Below are positions 19,669-28,372 of a DNA stretch of 64,000 nt, one piece after another (within the stretch, counting starts at the first letter, position 1; each line of letters opens with the position of its first letter). Origin of the DNA: a bacterium (GTDB lineage: Bacteria; SAR324; NAC60-12); the NCBI GenBank assembly GCA_965209155.1, contig OZ242383.1:2976001-3040000 (forward strand). Direction: 5' to 3'. The translations under genes and the position numbers were made by a program. A model generated the notes under the pieces. It was not told the origin of the DNA. It saw only the letters and a program-made list of their open reading frames with translations, and made no database searches.

Positions 19669-19853
19669 GTCGACTCCCATTGAAACAACCATTTTTCCCC
19701 TTATATAACAATTGTCTGAAAAAGCCAATCAAATAGTGACTTGCATCTGTTTTCTATTTGGTTATTTTGGGCTTTCTGCATAGTCCGAAGGTAAAAACTC
19801 CTTTTGTTCCCAGTTGTTCAATTGGGTGATTTATACTTTTTCCAGCAGGTACA

Positions 19854-20804
19854 ATGGATCAAAAATTTTCGTATTTCTTTCCTCCTTCGATTTTGGGATT
19901 GACGCTGTTTTGGATTCCCACGCTTGCCAATGCCGCAGACCAGCAAATCGTGGGACAACCCTGGTGGCTTTGGCCCATCTTGCTCTTTGGATTGACGTTT
20001 TTGATCGGAATCGTTGGCGTGATGGCAGGAATCGGGGGCGGAGTCTTGTTTGTACCGCTCGTCAGTGGATTTTTTCCATTTCATATTGATTTTGTGAGAG
20101 GTGCCGGGTTGATGATTGCCTTGGGAAGCTCTTTAGCTGCTGCTCCCAATCTACTTAATAAAAACGTTGCCAGTCTGAAACTGGCTCTACCGGCGGCCTT
20201 GATTGCTTCCGGATTTTCCATTGTCGGTGCCCTGAGCGGCCTGAGACTTTCGCAAGTCAATCCGGCATATATACAGGTAAGTCTGGGGATTTTGATTATC
20301 ATTATTGTTTTATTCATGCTTTTTTCCGGCAATACGGTCTATCCGAAAGTCAAACCAGGAAATTTTCTCACGCAAGCCCTGCAATTGAATGGTATTTTTT
20401 ATGAACCTACAATTAATCGTCAAGTGTCCTGGTCGGTGTATCGAACCGGCAGAGGACTGATGGCTTTCAGCTTGATCGGATTTCTGGCAGGTATGTTTGG
20501 GTTAGGTGCAGGTTGGGCAAATGTTCCGGTATTCAACTTGATAATGGGAGCTCCTTTAAAAATATCCGTAGCCACCAGCAGCTTTTCCCTTTCCATCACC
20601 GACACCACGGCAATTTGGATTTATTTCAATCAAGGGGCGCTTCTCCCCATCATCGTTGTTCCCTCCCTGGCAGGCGTTATGATTGGTGGCAAAATCGGAG
20701 GACATTTACTACCCAAAGTCAATCCCACTCTGATACGAAAAATGGTAATTGCAGTCTTATTACTGGCCGCCCTGCGCTCTTTGCTGAAAGGGATGGGATG
20801 GTGA
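19854..20804 (+). CDS. TauE/SafE (TSUP) family sulfite/sulfur-compound exporter
   Basis: GVMAGIGGGVLFVP and GMFGLGAGWANVP repeats, VATS motif, about 9 TM helices. Confidence 0.9.
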   Translation: MDQKFSYFFPPSILGLTLFWIPTLANAADQQIVGQPWWLWPILLFGLTFLIGIVGVMAGIGGGVLFVPLVSGFFPFHIDFVRGAGLMIALGSSLAAAPNLLNKNVASLKLALPAALIASGFSIVGALSGLRLSQVNPAYIQVSLGILIIIIVLFMLFSGNTVYPKVKPGNFLTQALQLNGIFYEPTINRQVSWSVYRTGRGLMAFSLIGFLAGMFGLGAGWANVPVFNLIMGAPLKISVATSSFSLSITDTTAIWIYFNQGALLPIIVVPSLAGVMIGGKIGGHLLPKVNPTLIRKMVIAVLLLAALRSLLKGMGW

Positions 20805-20858
20805 CTTCAAATATCTCAATTAAGGTCTGACGAGATTTTTTGTACAAACGGGAACCGA

Positions 20859-21272
20859 ATGAAACAAAAATTTGAAAACCTGGATGTTCAACAGCGTTAT
20901 GCAGTCGTGTTGAGAACGATTTGTAATATGGGCCTGGTTCTTCTCTTTCTTACCTTTACATTGTATGTATTTGGTATAGTCAAACCTCTGATACCTTTGG
21001 AAACAATGTCTCAGTATTGGAATCTTCCCCTGCAAGAATTCTTACAGCAAACTGGCGCTCCCCGGGGTTGGCAATGGCTTGATCATATCAAAAAGGCCGA
21101 CTACCTCACATTCACCGGTTTGATTATTCTTGCAGGAGTGAGCGGAATCTGTTATCTAGTCTTACTGGTCGACTTCGTCAGAGCCAGGATGGCTTTATTT
21201 ACGCTTTTGGTCATTGCTGAGCTTTTATTGATTGTTCTTGCTGCGTCCAACCTTTTTGATGTTGGACATTGA
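20859..21272 (+). CDS. Small membrane protein (DUF1634-like partner of TauE)
   Basis: Three TM helices with a P.GWQWL..I...DYL motif; follows TauE, as is typical for DUF1634. Confidence 0.7.
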   Translation: MKQKFENLDVQQRYAVVLRTICNMGLVLLFLTFTLYVFGIVKPLIPLETMSQYWNLPLQEFLQQTGAPRGWQWLDHIKKADYLTFTGLIILAGVSGICYLVLLVDFVRARMALFTLLVIAELLLIVLAASNLFDVGH

Positions 21273-21292
21273 TCAATTGTTCCGGTGCAGTC

Positions 21293-22465
21293 ATGAGTGA
21301 TATATCCAGTATGAAAACCGCATTCAAAGAAGGGTATGAGACTTTATTTGGTCGACAATGGCCTTATTGGGTAGGTGGCATTTTGCTGGGAGGAATCAAT
21401 GTTTTCATGTTTGCCTATGCACGTCCCTGGAGTGCAGCAGATGGAATCAGAAACTGGGGAGATTGGTTCTATAATTCTATTGGCGCAGCCGATCAAATCA
21501 TCATTGATCCTCATCTATATTCGACCTCGGTGCTCAACTTTGGATTGATTGTCGGTAGCATGGCTGCGGCATTGTTTGCCCAACAGTTCGCCGTACGCAT
21601 TGCCCCTCTTCGGGAGCTTCTCAAAGGGATAAGCGGAGGAGCATTGATGGGAATTGGCTCGAGCCTCGCCTTTGGTTGTAACATCGGGGGGTTCTTCAGT
21701 GCTACCAGCGCCTTGTCCCTATCCGGGCCTACCATGATGTTAGGACTGCTCATTGGAGCGGTGATCGGACTCAAATTGCTCATTTGGGAAGTGGAATATC
21801 TACCTGCTGCCAGTGCCCCTCCTTCACAGCATACCTCTCCAAAGCGGAGAGTGCGACAACCGACGATAGCAGTTGTCCTTCTTCTTCTGGCAATGACCTT
21901 GGTCTTCATATACGATGGTTTCGATTATGAAGAGCGGGGAGGTCTTCTTTTTTTTGGTTTGCTGATCGGTATCGTTATGCAACGTTCTCGATTTTGCTTT
22001 GTACGTGCCTTTCGCGAGCCTTTTATGACAGGTCAAGGAGACGCCACGAAAGCGGTCGCCTTAGCGGTCATCATCAGTGTGAGTGGTTTTACTATTTTAA
22101 AATGGACAGACCTGAGAGAATGGGATACAATGGTTTCATCTGGATTCTGGCTCGGCAGTTTGATTGGAGGGATCATTTTCGGAATCGGCATGTCCTTTGC
22201 GGGAGGTTGCGGTTCAGGCTGCATCTGGAGAGCAGGAGAAGGTCACGTGAAATTATGGCTGGCGCTATTGACTTTTTCGTTGGTCGGTTCGTATTTCAGG
22301 ACATGGCTCGACGAGAGCGGCTGGTTGATGAAATTAGGAACCCAGGTTTTTCTGCCTGACATCATGAGTTGGAAACTGGCCTATCTTTCCATAATTGCCA
22401 TCATGCTGTTATGGTATTTGATGGCAACCTGGAATGAGATTAAAGGAAAATTGATCATTGCTTAA
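21293..22465 (+). CDS. YeeE/YedE family thiosulfate/sulfur transporter
   Basis: Conserved Cys motifs LAFGCNIGGFFSA, QRSRFCF and FAGGCGSG; multiple TM helices. Start is uncertain (21293 or 21311). Confidence 0.92.
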   Translation: MSDISSMKTAFKEGYETLFGRQWPYWVGGILLGGINVFMFAYARPWSAADGIRNWGDWFYNSIGAADQIIIDPHLYSTSVLNFGLIVGSMAAALFAQQFAVRIAPLRELLKGISGGALMGIGSSLAFGCNIGGFFSATSALSLSGPTMMLGLLIGAVIGLKLLIWEVEYLPAASAPPSQHTSPKRRVRQPTIAVVLLLLAMTLVFIYDGFDYEERGGLLFFGLLIGIVMQRSRFCFVRAFREPFMTGQGDATKAVALAVIISVSGFTILKWTDLREWDTMVSSGFWLGSLIGGIIFGIGMSFAGGCGSGCIWRAGEGHVKLWLALLTFSLVGSYFRTWLDESGWLMKLGTQVFLPDIMSWKLAYLSIIAIMLLWYLMATWNEIKGKLIIA

Positions 22466-22580
22466 TATTTTATTGCTTTGGATCAGCGTTCCTTTTACAG
22501 GAACAGGCTTGGAGTGAACTCTTCCAAGTCAGGCATATTTGAGCGAATGTCGCTCTTGTTTTAACAAAGAAAGGGGAAAA

Positions 22581-23900
22581 ATGGAGAAAGTTTTTAATCT
22601 GTACTCAATTGTTTTAATCGTGCTTTTATGCCTGACGTCAAACAACGTGATGGCCGGCAAGAAATTTGGCGCTCCTACCGAAGGAATGTCAAGTACCGAA
22701 TACCAGAATTTGGTTTTTCTCGATCCTCAAAATACCGTCCGCATGGACTGGGATGCTGTACAAGGATTGTCGGGATATTTTTTCATAGATAACCAAGGAG
22801 AACCCACAGTTTCCGTGGTGGATTATTTCCAGGAAAAAACTATCAAAAAAATCGATATGGGAGAGAATGGAAATCATCATATCTTTGTAATTCCCGGAGC
22901 TCGATACGTATACTCTTCACAGCGTTATGAAAAAGATGTGATGTGGCTCATTGATCTCACCACACTGGAAGTGGCGAAAAAATTCCATCTGAGCCGGGAC
23001 GGTAAACAGGTGATCGCCCCCCTGCACATTGGCTTTGCTTACACGCAACCGCTGGCTGTTACGGGTAATATTCTGGACAAAGAACATGGATATTTGACAT
23101 TCATTAATACGGCCCTTCATGAAACAGATAGCATTGTGGAATTGACATGCCATGGCGCCCGTGACGCCTTGTTCACACTGGACGATTCTAAAGTTTTCAC
23201 GAGTTGCCAGCAAGAACCGAAAGGCATGGCTGTTGTTGACGTTCAGAAAAGAGAACAAATCAAAATGATACCTCTCAAAGGGAGCAGGACCGGAGCCATG
23301 ACACCTGACGGTCGTTATTATATTGTCGGTGCTTCCGGAGCATTTCATATTTTTGATACCAATACCACCGACTTGATCAAAACGATCGAAGTACCGGGCG
23401 GAGCCGGAAATGTCACTTGTCTTAAAGATAGTTCTAAATGCTATGGTGGTCTGAGAAAAGCGGAAGCCGTGGCAGTGATGGATATGAAAAAGTTGGAATT
23501 GATCAAAACGATCGAGACCGGTCCGGATGCCAACCGCCTTTATTTGAATCCTGCTAATCCACGCTATGGGATTTTTGCCAATGAAGGTGGCAAATCCGAT
23601 TTTGTCACTATCATAGACACAGTGTCCGACGTTGCGGTGAAAAACATCTACACCGGTTTGGGGCCACACAATGTAGCCTTCAATCCTGCAGGAACCCATG
23701 CGATCGTTTCCACAAAAAAGGAACCCGTGGCGACCCTAATTGATACGTCATCTGCCGATCCGATGGACTGGGAGACTCTCACTACGGATATCGATTCAGG
23801 TATTCAAAACAATGGAGTCCGTTGGGTTCCACACCCGGATGAGCTGAAGCAATTGTTGGGGTTGCTGGTGTCCAATGAACTGATCCTGGTAAGCAATTAA
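22581..23900 (+). CDS. Secreted YVTN/YncE-like beta-propeller protein with His motifs
   Basis: Sec signal MEKVFNLYSIVLIVLLCLTSNNVMA; repeated blades (VSVVD..IKKI.MG, IFDT....IKTIEVPG, TIIDT....VKNIYTG); GNHH, PLH and GPH motifs. Confidence 0.8.
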   Translation: MEKVFNLYSIVLIVLLCLTSNNVMAGKKFGAPTEGMSSTEYQNLVFLDPQNTVRMDWDAVQGLSGYFFIDNQGEPTVSVVDYFQEKTIKKIDMGENGNHHIFVIPGARYVYSSQRYEKDVMWLIDLTTLEVAKKFHLSRDGKQVIAPLHIGFAYTQPLAVTGNILDKEHGYLTFINTALHETDSIVELTCHGARDALFTLDDSKVFTSCQQEPKGMAVVDVQKREQIKMIPLKGSRTGAMTPDGRYYIVGASGAFHIFDTNTTDLIKTIEVPGGAGNVTCLKDSSKCYGGLRKAEAVAVMDMKKLELIKTIETGPDANRLYLNPANPRYGIFANEGGKSDFVTIIDTVSDVAVKNIYTGLGPHNVAFNPAGTHAIVSTKKEPVATLIDTSSADPMDWETLTTDIDSGIQNNGVRWVPHPDELKQLLGLLVSNELILVSN

Positions 23901-23996
23901 AAAATAGTTTCCTGTTTACCCCTCCCCCTTCTGGAAAAAAGAAGGGAGAGGACGTTTGCGTAAATCTTTATTCAAACCATACAGTCCGGAGGAATC

Positions 23997-24476
23997 ATGA
24001 AATCACAAATAAGCATCACACGAAGAAAATTCCTGCAATACATAACAATGGGGGGAATTGCAGTCCCGGTGTTTTCCAGCTTAATTTTTCCAAATCCGGT
24101 GCAAGGGGCCGTGACTACTGAAATATTCCGTTTCCCCCGGGATTTGAAGAATTTGACCGATGCCCAGCGCATGCATCTTCCCAAGGTCAATATGCCTCCC
24201 ATCGTTGAAGATGGCAGTCAGGCGCCAATCGTGGTGGAAATGGATCATCCGATGGATCCGGACCACTACATCAGGAGCATCCAAATCGTCAGTTTTAACG
24301 ATCCCGTCGTGAATAAGGGACAGTTTTTCTTCACTCCCGCCAATGGTCAAGTCTACTTGGGAACCCAAATTCGCTTGGATGGGGGGGAGAGTACAGTTTG
24401 GGTCATTGCCGAGTGTAACCAGCACGGTCTGTTCGCTATCAGTAAATCTGTCAAGGTGGCTGCTGGAGGATGTTGA
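23997..24476 (+). CDS. soxY: SoxY-like sulfur carrier carrying a superoxide-reductase-type His4-Cys metal site
   Basis: Tat signal TRRKFL; SoxY motifs PPIVEDGSQAP and C-terminal VKVAAGGC; SOR-like MHLP, HPM, HYI and CNQHG. Confidence 0.8.
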   Translation: MKSQISITRRKFLQYITMGGIAVPVFSSLIFPNPVQGAVTTEIFRFPRDLKNLTDAQRMHLPKVNMPPIVEDGSQAPIVVEMDHPMDPDHYIRSIQIVSFNDPVVNKGQFFFTPANGQVYLGTQIRLDGGESTVWVIAECNQHGLFAISKSVKVAAGGC

Positions 24477-24478
24477 TT

Positions 24479-26077
24479 ATGTTGAGGAGAATTGCCTCGA
24501 TATTCGCAAAGACCACCACTCTTTTGTTCCTGCTTTTTTTCACAATCACGGGTCATTCCCTGCGAGCATCCGAGGCCGAAGAAATCCGGATTATTTCGAC
24601 CAATGATATTCATTATTATCTCCGTCCACTCTACTATCGGCATATTGATGAAGTTCGACCTTGGGGATCTCAAACACGTGATGGAAATTATATTGCAAAA
24701 GCAAAACTGGAGGGAAAAATTGGCGGGATGGCTCAGGTGGCTACGGTGATCGAGAAGCTCCGCAGCGAAAAACCCGGGAAATCTCTGGTAATTGATGCCG
24801 GAGATACCTGGCATGGCTCCGCATTTTCACTCCTGGACCAGGGCGCATCGATGGTCAAAATTATGAACACCATCGGCTACGACGCGATGGCACTCGGCAA
24901 CTGGGATTTCTATTATGAAGAAGATCAATTTCTAAATCTGGTGGAACAATGTGAATTCCCGGTGTTGGCATACAATCTCGTTGACAAAGAATGGGAAGAA
25001 CCCGTCCTGGAGCAATATACTGTAAACCAGGTAGGAAACCTGAGAGTGGCAATTGTAGGCATGACATATCCCTGGACTGCCCTCACATCTGCCATTACAG
25101 GTGCCGCTCGATGGTACAAGTTCGGAATCAGAGAAAATGAAGCTCAGCTGTTGATTCAGCAAATCAGAAAGGAGGAAGACCCCGACCTCGTAATTTTTGT
25201 CTCTCATGGCGGCTACGGTTTAGATCAAAAGTTTGCAAAACGTGTGGATGGTATTGATGTCATAGTCAGTAGTCATACCCATGATGAAATTTTTCATCCC
25301 CTTGTCTGGAACAATACGATCATTTACCAGGCAGGTGCACACGGAAAATTTGTAGCAAAACTGGATCTCCGGGTCAAAGACAAGAAAGTGCTTAATTTCG
25401 ATTACCAGTTGGTCAGGATCAATCAGAATCGTATCCCGGCTCATCCTGGAGTTGCCAAAATAATTGAACAAGCATACCAACCCCATCAAAAAAAACTGGA
25501 AGAGATCATTGGAGAATCCAGGAGCATGCTCTACCGGCGGGATTATTGGCAAAGTACCCTGGGAAATCTAATCACTGCCGCGTTGCGGGATTCCGCCCAA
25601 ACCGATATCGCCTTTTTCCCGGCCTGGAGATATGGTGCCACCATACTTCCGGGAAAAATCACTGTTGGGGACGTGTACAATATCGTACCCACCCATGGAC
25701 GAATTATCACTTATTCCATGCAAGGAGAGCAAATCAAGATGTTGCTGGAAAATATTCTGGGAAGTTTCACAGACCCGGATCCTTATGCTCGCGTAGGGGG
25801 GGACATGATCCGCTTCGCGGGTCTTAAAATCCGCTACGACTTGAACAGGAAATTGAGAGATCGCATTGTTTCCCTGCAGGTTGAGGATCAACCCATTGAT
25901 TTCAACAAGTCTTACAGCATTGCTTCAGTGCATACGCGATTTCAAAACAATCCTCTTTTTGGGGCAACGAACATCAAAGACACCGGTAAAATATTTGTTG
26001 AGGAACTGGTCCAATATATCCGAGAGCATTCACCCATTGTCTCTGAAATTGATGATAGAATACTGTCAGTTCGTTGA
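24479..26077 (+). CDS. soxB: SoxB-like thiosulfohydrolase (5'-nucleotidase superfamily), divergent
   Basis: NDIH..LRPLYYR, IGGMA, DAGDTWHGS, GNWDF, SHGG, HTHD, LYRR, WRYG, DPDPYARVGGDMIR; lies between soxY and soxZ. Confidence 0.82.
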   Translation: MLRRIASIFAKTTTLLFLLFFTITGHSLRASEAEEIRIISTNDIHYYLRPLYYRHIDEVRPWGSQTRDGNYIAKAKLEGKIGGMAQVATVIEKLRSEKPGKSLVIDAGDTWHGSAFSLLDQGASMVKIMNTIGYDAMALGNWDFYYEEDQFLNLVEQCEFPVLAYNLVDKEWEEPVLEQYTVNQVGNLRVAIVGMTYPWTALTSAITGAARWYKFGIRENEAQLLIQQIRKEEDPDLVIFVSHGGYGLDQKFAKRVDGIDVIVSSHTHDEIFHPLVWNNTIIYQAGAHGKFVAKLDLRVKDKKVLNFDYQLVRINQNRIPAHPGVAKIIEQAYQPHQKKLEEIIGESRSMLYRRDYWQSTLGNLITAALRDSAQTDIAFFPAWRYGATILPGKITVGDVYNIVPTHGRIITYSMQGEQIKMLLENILGSFTDPDPYARVGGDMIRFAGLKIRYDLNRKLRDRIVSLQVEDQPIDFNKSYSIASVHTRFQNNPLFGATNIKDTGKIFVEELVQYIREHSPIVSEIDDRILSVR

Positions 26078-26125
26078 GTGTAAATAACCAGTAAAAATTA
26101 TGAACCCTATCAAAATAAGGATACC

Positions 26126-26476
26126 TTGGCTGAAAAAATTAATCCTCCCCGCCTCCGCTTGCCGAGAAGGATCAAAAAAGATCAACTATTCAAAGTGAAA
26201 GTGAAATTCGACCATCCTTCGTTCACAGGGTTGGGACGTGTAGATGAGAAAACCCTGCCTCGATTCAATCGTGCGGTTCCAACTTCGTTCATCCGCACAA
26301 TGTTGGTTTATTATGGAGATGAGCTGGTCAACCGATTCGCCATGAGTTCCGCCATTGCTGACAATCCTCTCTTCACTTTCAAGTTGAAAGCAACCAAGAA
26401 TGCCCTGCTCAAGGTTGTGTTTGTGGATAACTATGGAGAACGGTGGGAAATCTCAAAAGAAATCGAGCCCCGTTAG
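26126..26476 (+). CDS. soxZ: SoxZ sulfur-carrier partner subunit
   Basis: VKVKFDHPSFTGL, FIRTMLV, SSAIADNPLFTFKL, VVFVDNYG; no signal peptide, consistent with piggy-back Tat export. Confidence 0.85.
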   Translation: MAEKINPPRLRLPRRIKKDQLFKVKVKFDHPSFTGLGRVDEKTLPRFNRAVPTSFIRTMLVYYGDELVNRFAMSSAIADNPLFTFKLKATKNALLKVVFVDNYGERWEISKEIEPR

Positions 26477-26499
26477 CTGGATTTCAACTTATTGGAGCA

Positions 26500-26543
26500 G
26501 TAACGGAGTTTTTATTTTAAATCCAAAGAAAAAACTCCGCTAC
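26500..26543. terminator. Long imperfect hairpin after soxZ (possible terminator or processing site)
   Basis: GTAACGGAGTTTTT...AAAAACTCCGCTAC, a 14-bp stem with one mismatch. Confidence 0.45.
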
Positions 26544-26580
26544 CTCACATTCATTTTAAGGTGAGAATCGAGGATCATTC

Positions 26581-27291
26581 ATGAATAAAAAACTTACTGC
26601 CTTTTTCTTTGGTTCTTTAACGGCAGGAATAATTTTAAACACAATTGCTCTTCATTCAATGGTTTATGCGGAGAAAGCTCAATTTGAAATTGAAGGATTG
26701 ATCTCCCCCGCCAGTCCCAAGGCTTTAACGAAAGGCTTGTTGGACAAGCTGAAAGTGAAAGTGATTGATCTGAATTTGAAAAACACACCCAGTGGTTGGC
26801 CTGTACTGACTGTCGAATTCGACGCCGATACTGTCAGCAAAGAAACAATTGAATCCACCATTGCAGCTATCGAAGATCCGGCAGGTCATAATTATCGGGT
26901 TCACAAAGGACCCTCACGAGTAGAAACACCGTTACTCGAGGAAGAAATAGACGCAATGGTAGCCATACCTCCATCAGTTCCTGAAATCCCTACTCTGGAA
27001 AATCCAATTCCACGCACCAGTGAATCGGAGGCACGGGGTCAATCACTGTATCAAAAAAACTGTGCCAAATGCCATGGTTTGGATGGTGGCGGACAAGGCC
27101 CCAGTGCTCATGGATTCATAAGTAATCCCCGCAAACTCTACGTTTGGTACAATGCCGCTTCCTCCGCAGATGGATATTTGTTCTGGTATATAACCTATGG
27201 ACGCAACGACATGCCTCCCTGGGGACTGGTCCTTTCGGAAGAAGAACGCTGGCACTTGGTGAATTACATCAAAACCATCAAACAACCATAA
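26581..27291 (+). CDS. Periplasmic monoheme cytochrome c with an N-terminal HMA-like domain
   Basis: Signal peptide; CAKCH and DMPPWG (axial Met); N-domain FEIEGLISPAS...VEFDADTVSKETI...GHNYRV follows the HMA pattern without CxxC. Confidence 0.85.
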   Translation: MNKKLTAFFFGSLTAGIILNTIALHSMVYAEKAQFEIEGLISPASPKALTKGLLDKLKVKVIDLNLKNTPSGWPVLTVEFDADTVSKETIESTIAAIEDPAGHNYRVHKGPSRVETPLLEEEIDAMVAIPPSVPEIPTLENPIPRTSESEARGQSLYQKNCAKCHGLDGGGQGPSAHGFISNPRKLYVWYNAASSADGYLFWYITYGRNDMPPWGLVLSEEERWHLVNYIKTIKQP

Positions 27292-27339
27292 TTTTCAAAG
27301 GGGCTTTGTTCAACAGACGAATTCGCAACGGGTTTGAAA

Positions 27340-27762
27340 ATGGAGATCATTAAGGATATCGTCACCCAATCGTTTTACGATATAAAATTTGAAGAACTCC
27401 TTGAGGATTTGGTCACAGAAATCGAATTGCGCAATTATCGCATCACTCGTGTTTATAATATAGACAACATCAAAGAACGCGATGAGTTACTACATGATAT
27501 TCAAGTGAAGTTCGAGAATTACAAAATCGTGGAATTTTGCAATTTGAACAATTGCGCCAAATTGATTTCTTCACATCTTTTAGCAGGCGTCTTCATGCCC
27601 GTGAAATTCATAATTTACCAGGAAGAATCACAAAATCATGTACAAATTGCTTTTTTAAAACCAACTGCTTTTGCCAGAATTTTTGCTTCAATTCCTCTCA
27701 CTGAGATTGCCGCAGTGTTGGAGAAAGATATGTACCATGTATTGCAAGAAATCGATTTTTAA
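27340..27762 (+). CDS. DUF302 domain protein
   Basis: YKIVEFCN and GVFMPVKFIIYQ motifs; DUF302 often occurs in sulfur-oxidation loci. Confidence 0.8.
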   Translation: MEIIKDIVTQSFYDIKFEELLEDLVTEIELRNYRITRVYNIDNIKERDELLHDIQVKFENYKIVEFCNLNNCAKLISSHLLAGVFMPVKFIIYQEESQNHVQIAFLKPTAFARIFASIPLTEIAAVLEKDMYHVLQEIDF

Positions 27763-28324
27763 AAAAATTCTGCTGACAAGTCTTACTTTTCTGATGATAT
27801 TGGCTTTTCATCATGCCATTGCTCAGGAATCGAAAGCAAAGTTGGGAGGCGATTTCACTTTGCAATCTCCGCAAGGTCCTGTCTCTCTTCATGATTTTCA
27901 AGGCAAAGTAGTTCTGTTGTTTTTTGGATACACGAGTTGTCCATCTATGTGTCCCATATCCCTGTTGACTATGGAAAGAACATTTTCCCAAATCCCTGCG
28001 GAGAATTTAAAGAAAATACAAGCGCTCTTCATCAGCCTGGACCCTGAACACGACACCTTGGAAAAGTTGAATCAATATACGGGATATTTTCATCCCAACA
28101 TTCTTGGCGTGACGGATATACCAGAACGCATTGCCCGAGTTGCGCAACAATATGGCGTAGTTTACTCAAAAAAAACATTGAACAATTCAGCCTTGAAATA
28201 CGTCATCAACCATACTGCCGATATCTTCCTGGTGGACCCCCAGGGAAATTTACAAGAAACAATGGCCCATGATTCTCCCCCCCAACAGCTTCGCGATTCT
28301 ATCCTTCGTCTTCTTCCTCAATAA
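27737..28324 (+). CDS. SCO1/SenC copper chaperone
   Basis: GGDFTL, FFGYTSCPSMCP (CxxxC), FISLDPEHDT, NHTADIFLVDP (conserved His). Confidence 0.93.
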   Translation: MYCKKSIFKKILLTSLTFLMILAFHHAIAQESKAKLGGDFTLQSPQGPVSLHDFQGKVVLLFFGYTSCPSMCPISLLTMERTFSQIPAENLKKIQALFISLDPEHDTLEKLNQYTGYFHPNILGVTDIPERIARVAQQYGVVYSKKTLNNSALKYVINHTADIFLVDPQGNLQETMAHDSPPQQLRDSILRLLPQ

Positions 28325-28372
28325 GGATCCCGAACACCATTTTAACCTTCAATCTCTTCAAATTGGACTCTG

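Noticed and set aside
22581..23900. Nitrite reductase NirS, N2O reductase or a bona fide thiocyanate dehydrogenase
   Set aside because: There is no CxxCH domain and no CuA domain, and too few His residues for a full CuZ or TcDH ligand set by eye. It is kept only as a candidate novel metallo-propeller.
23997..24476. Ordinary cytoplasmic superoxide reductase
   Set aside because: It has a Tat signal, lacks the Glu-Lys of EKH, ends in a SoxY GGC arm and lies beside soxB and soxZ.
26581..27291. SoxX, SoxA or TsdA
   Set aside because: It has a single CxxCH with a Met ligand, no SoxA active-site Cys motif, no second heme and no SoxA partner.
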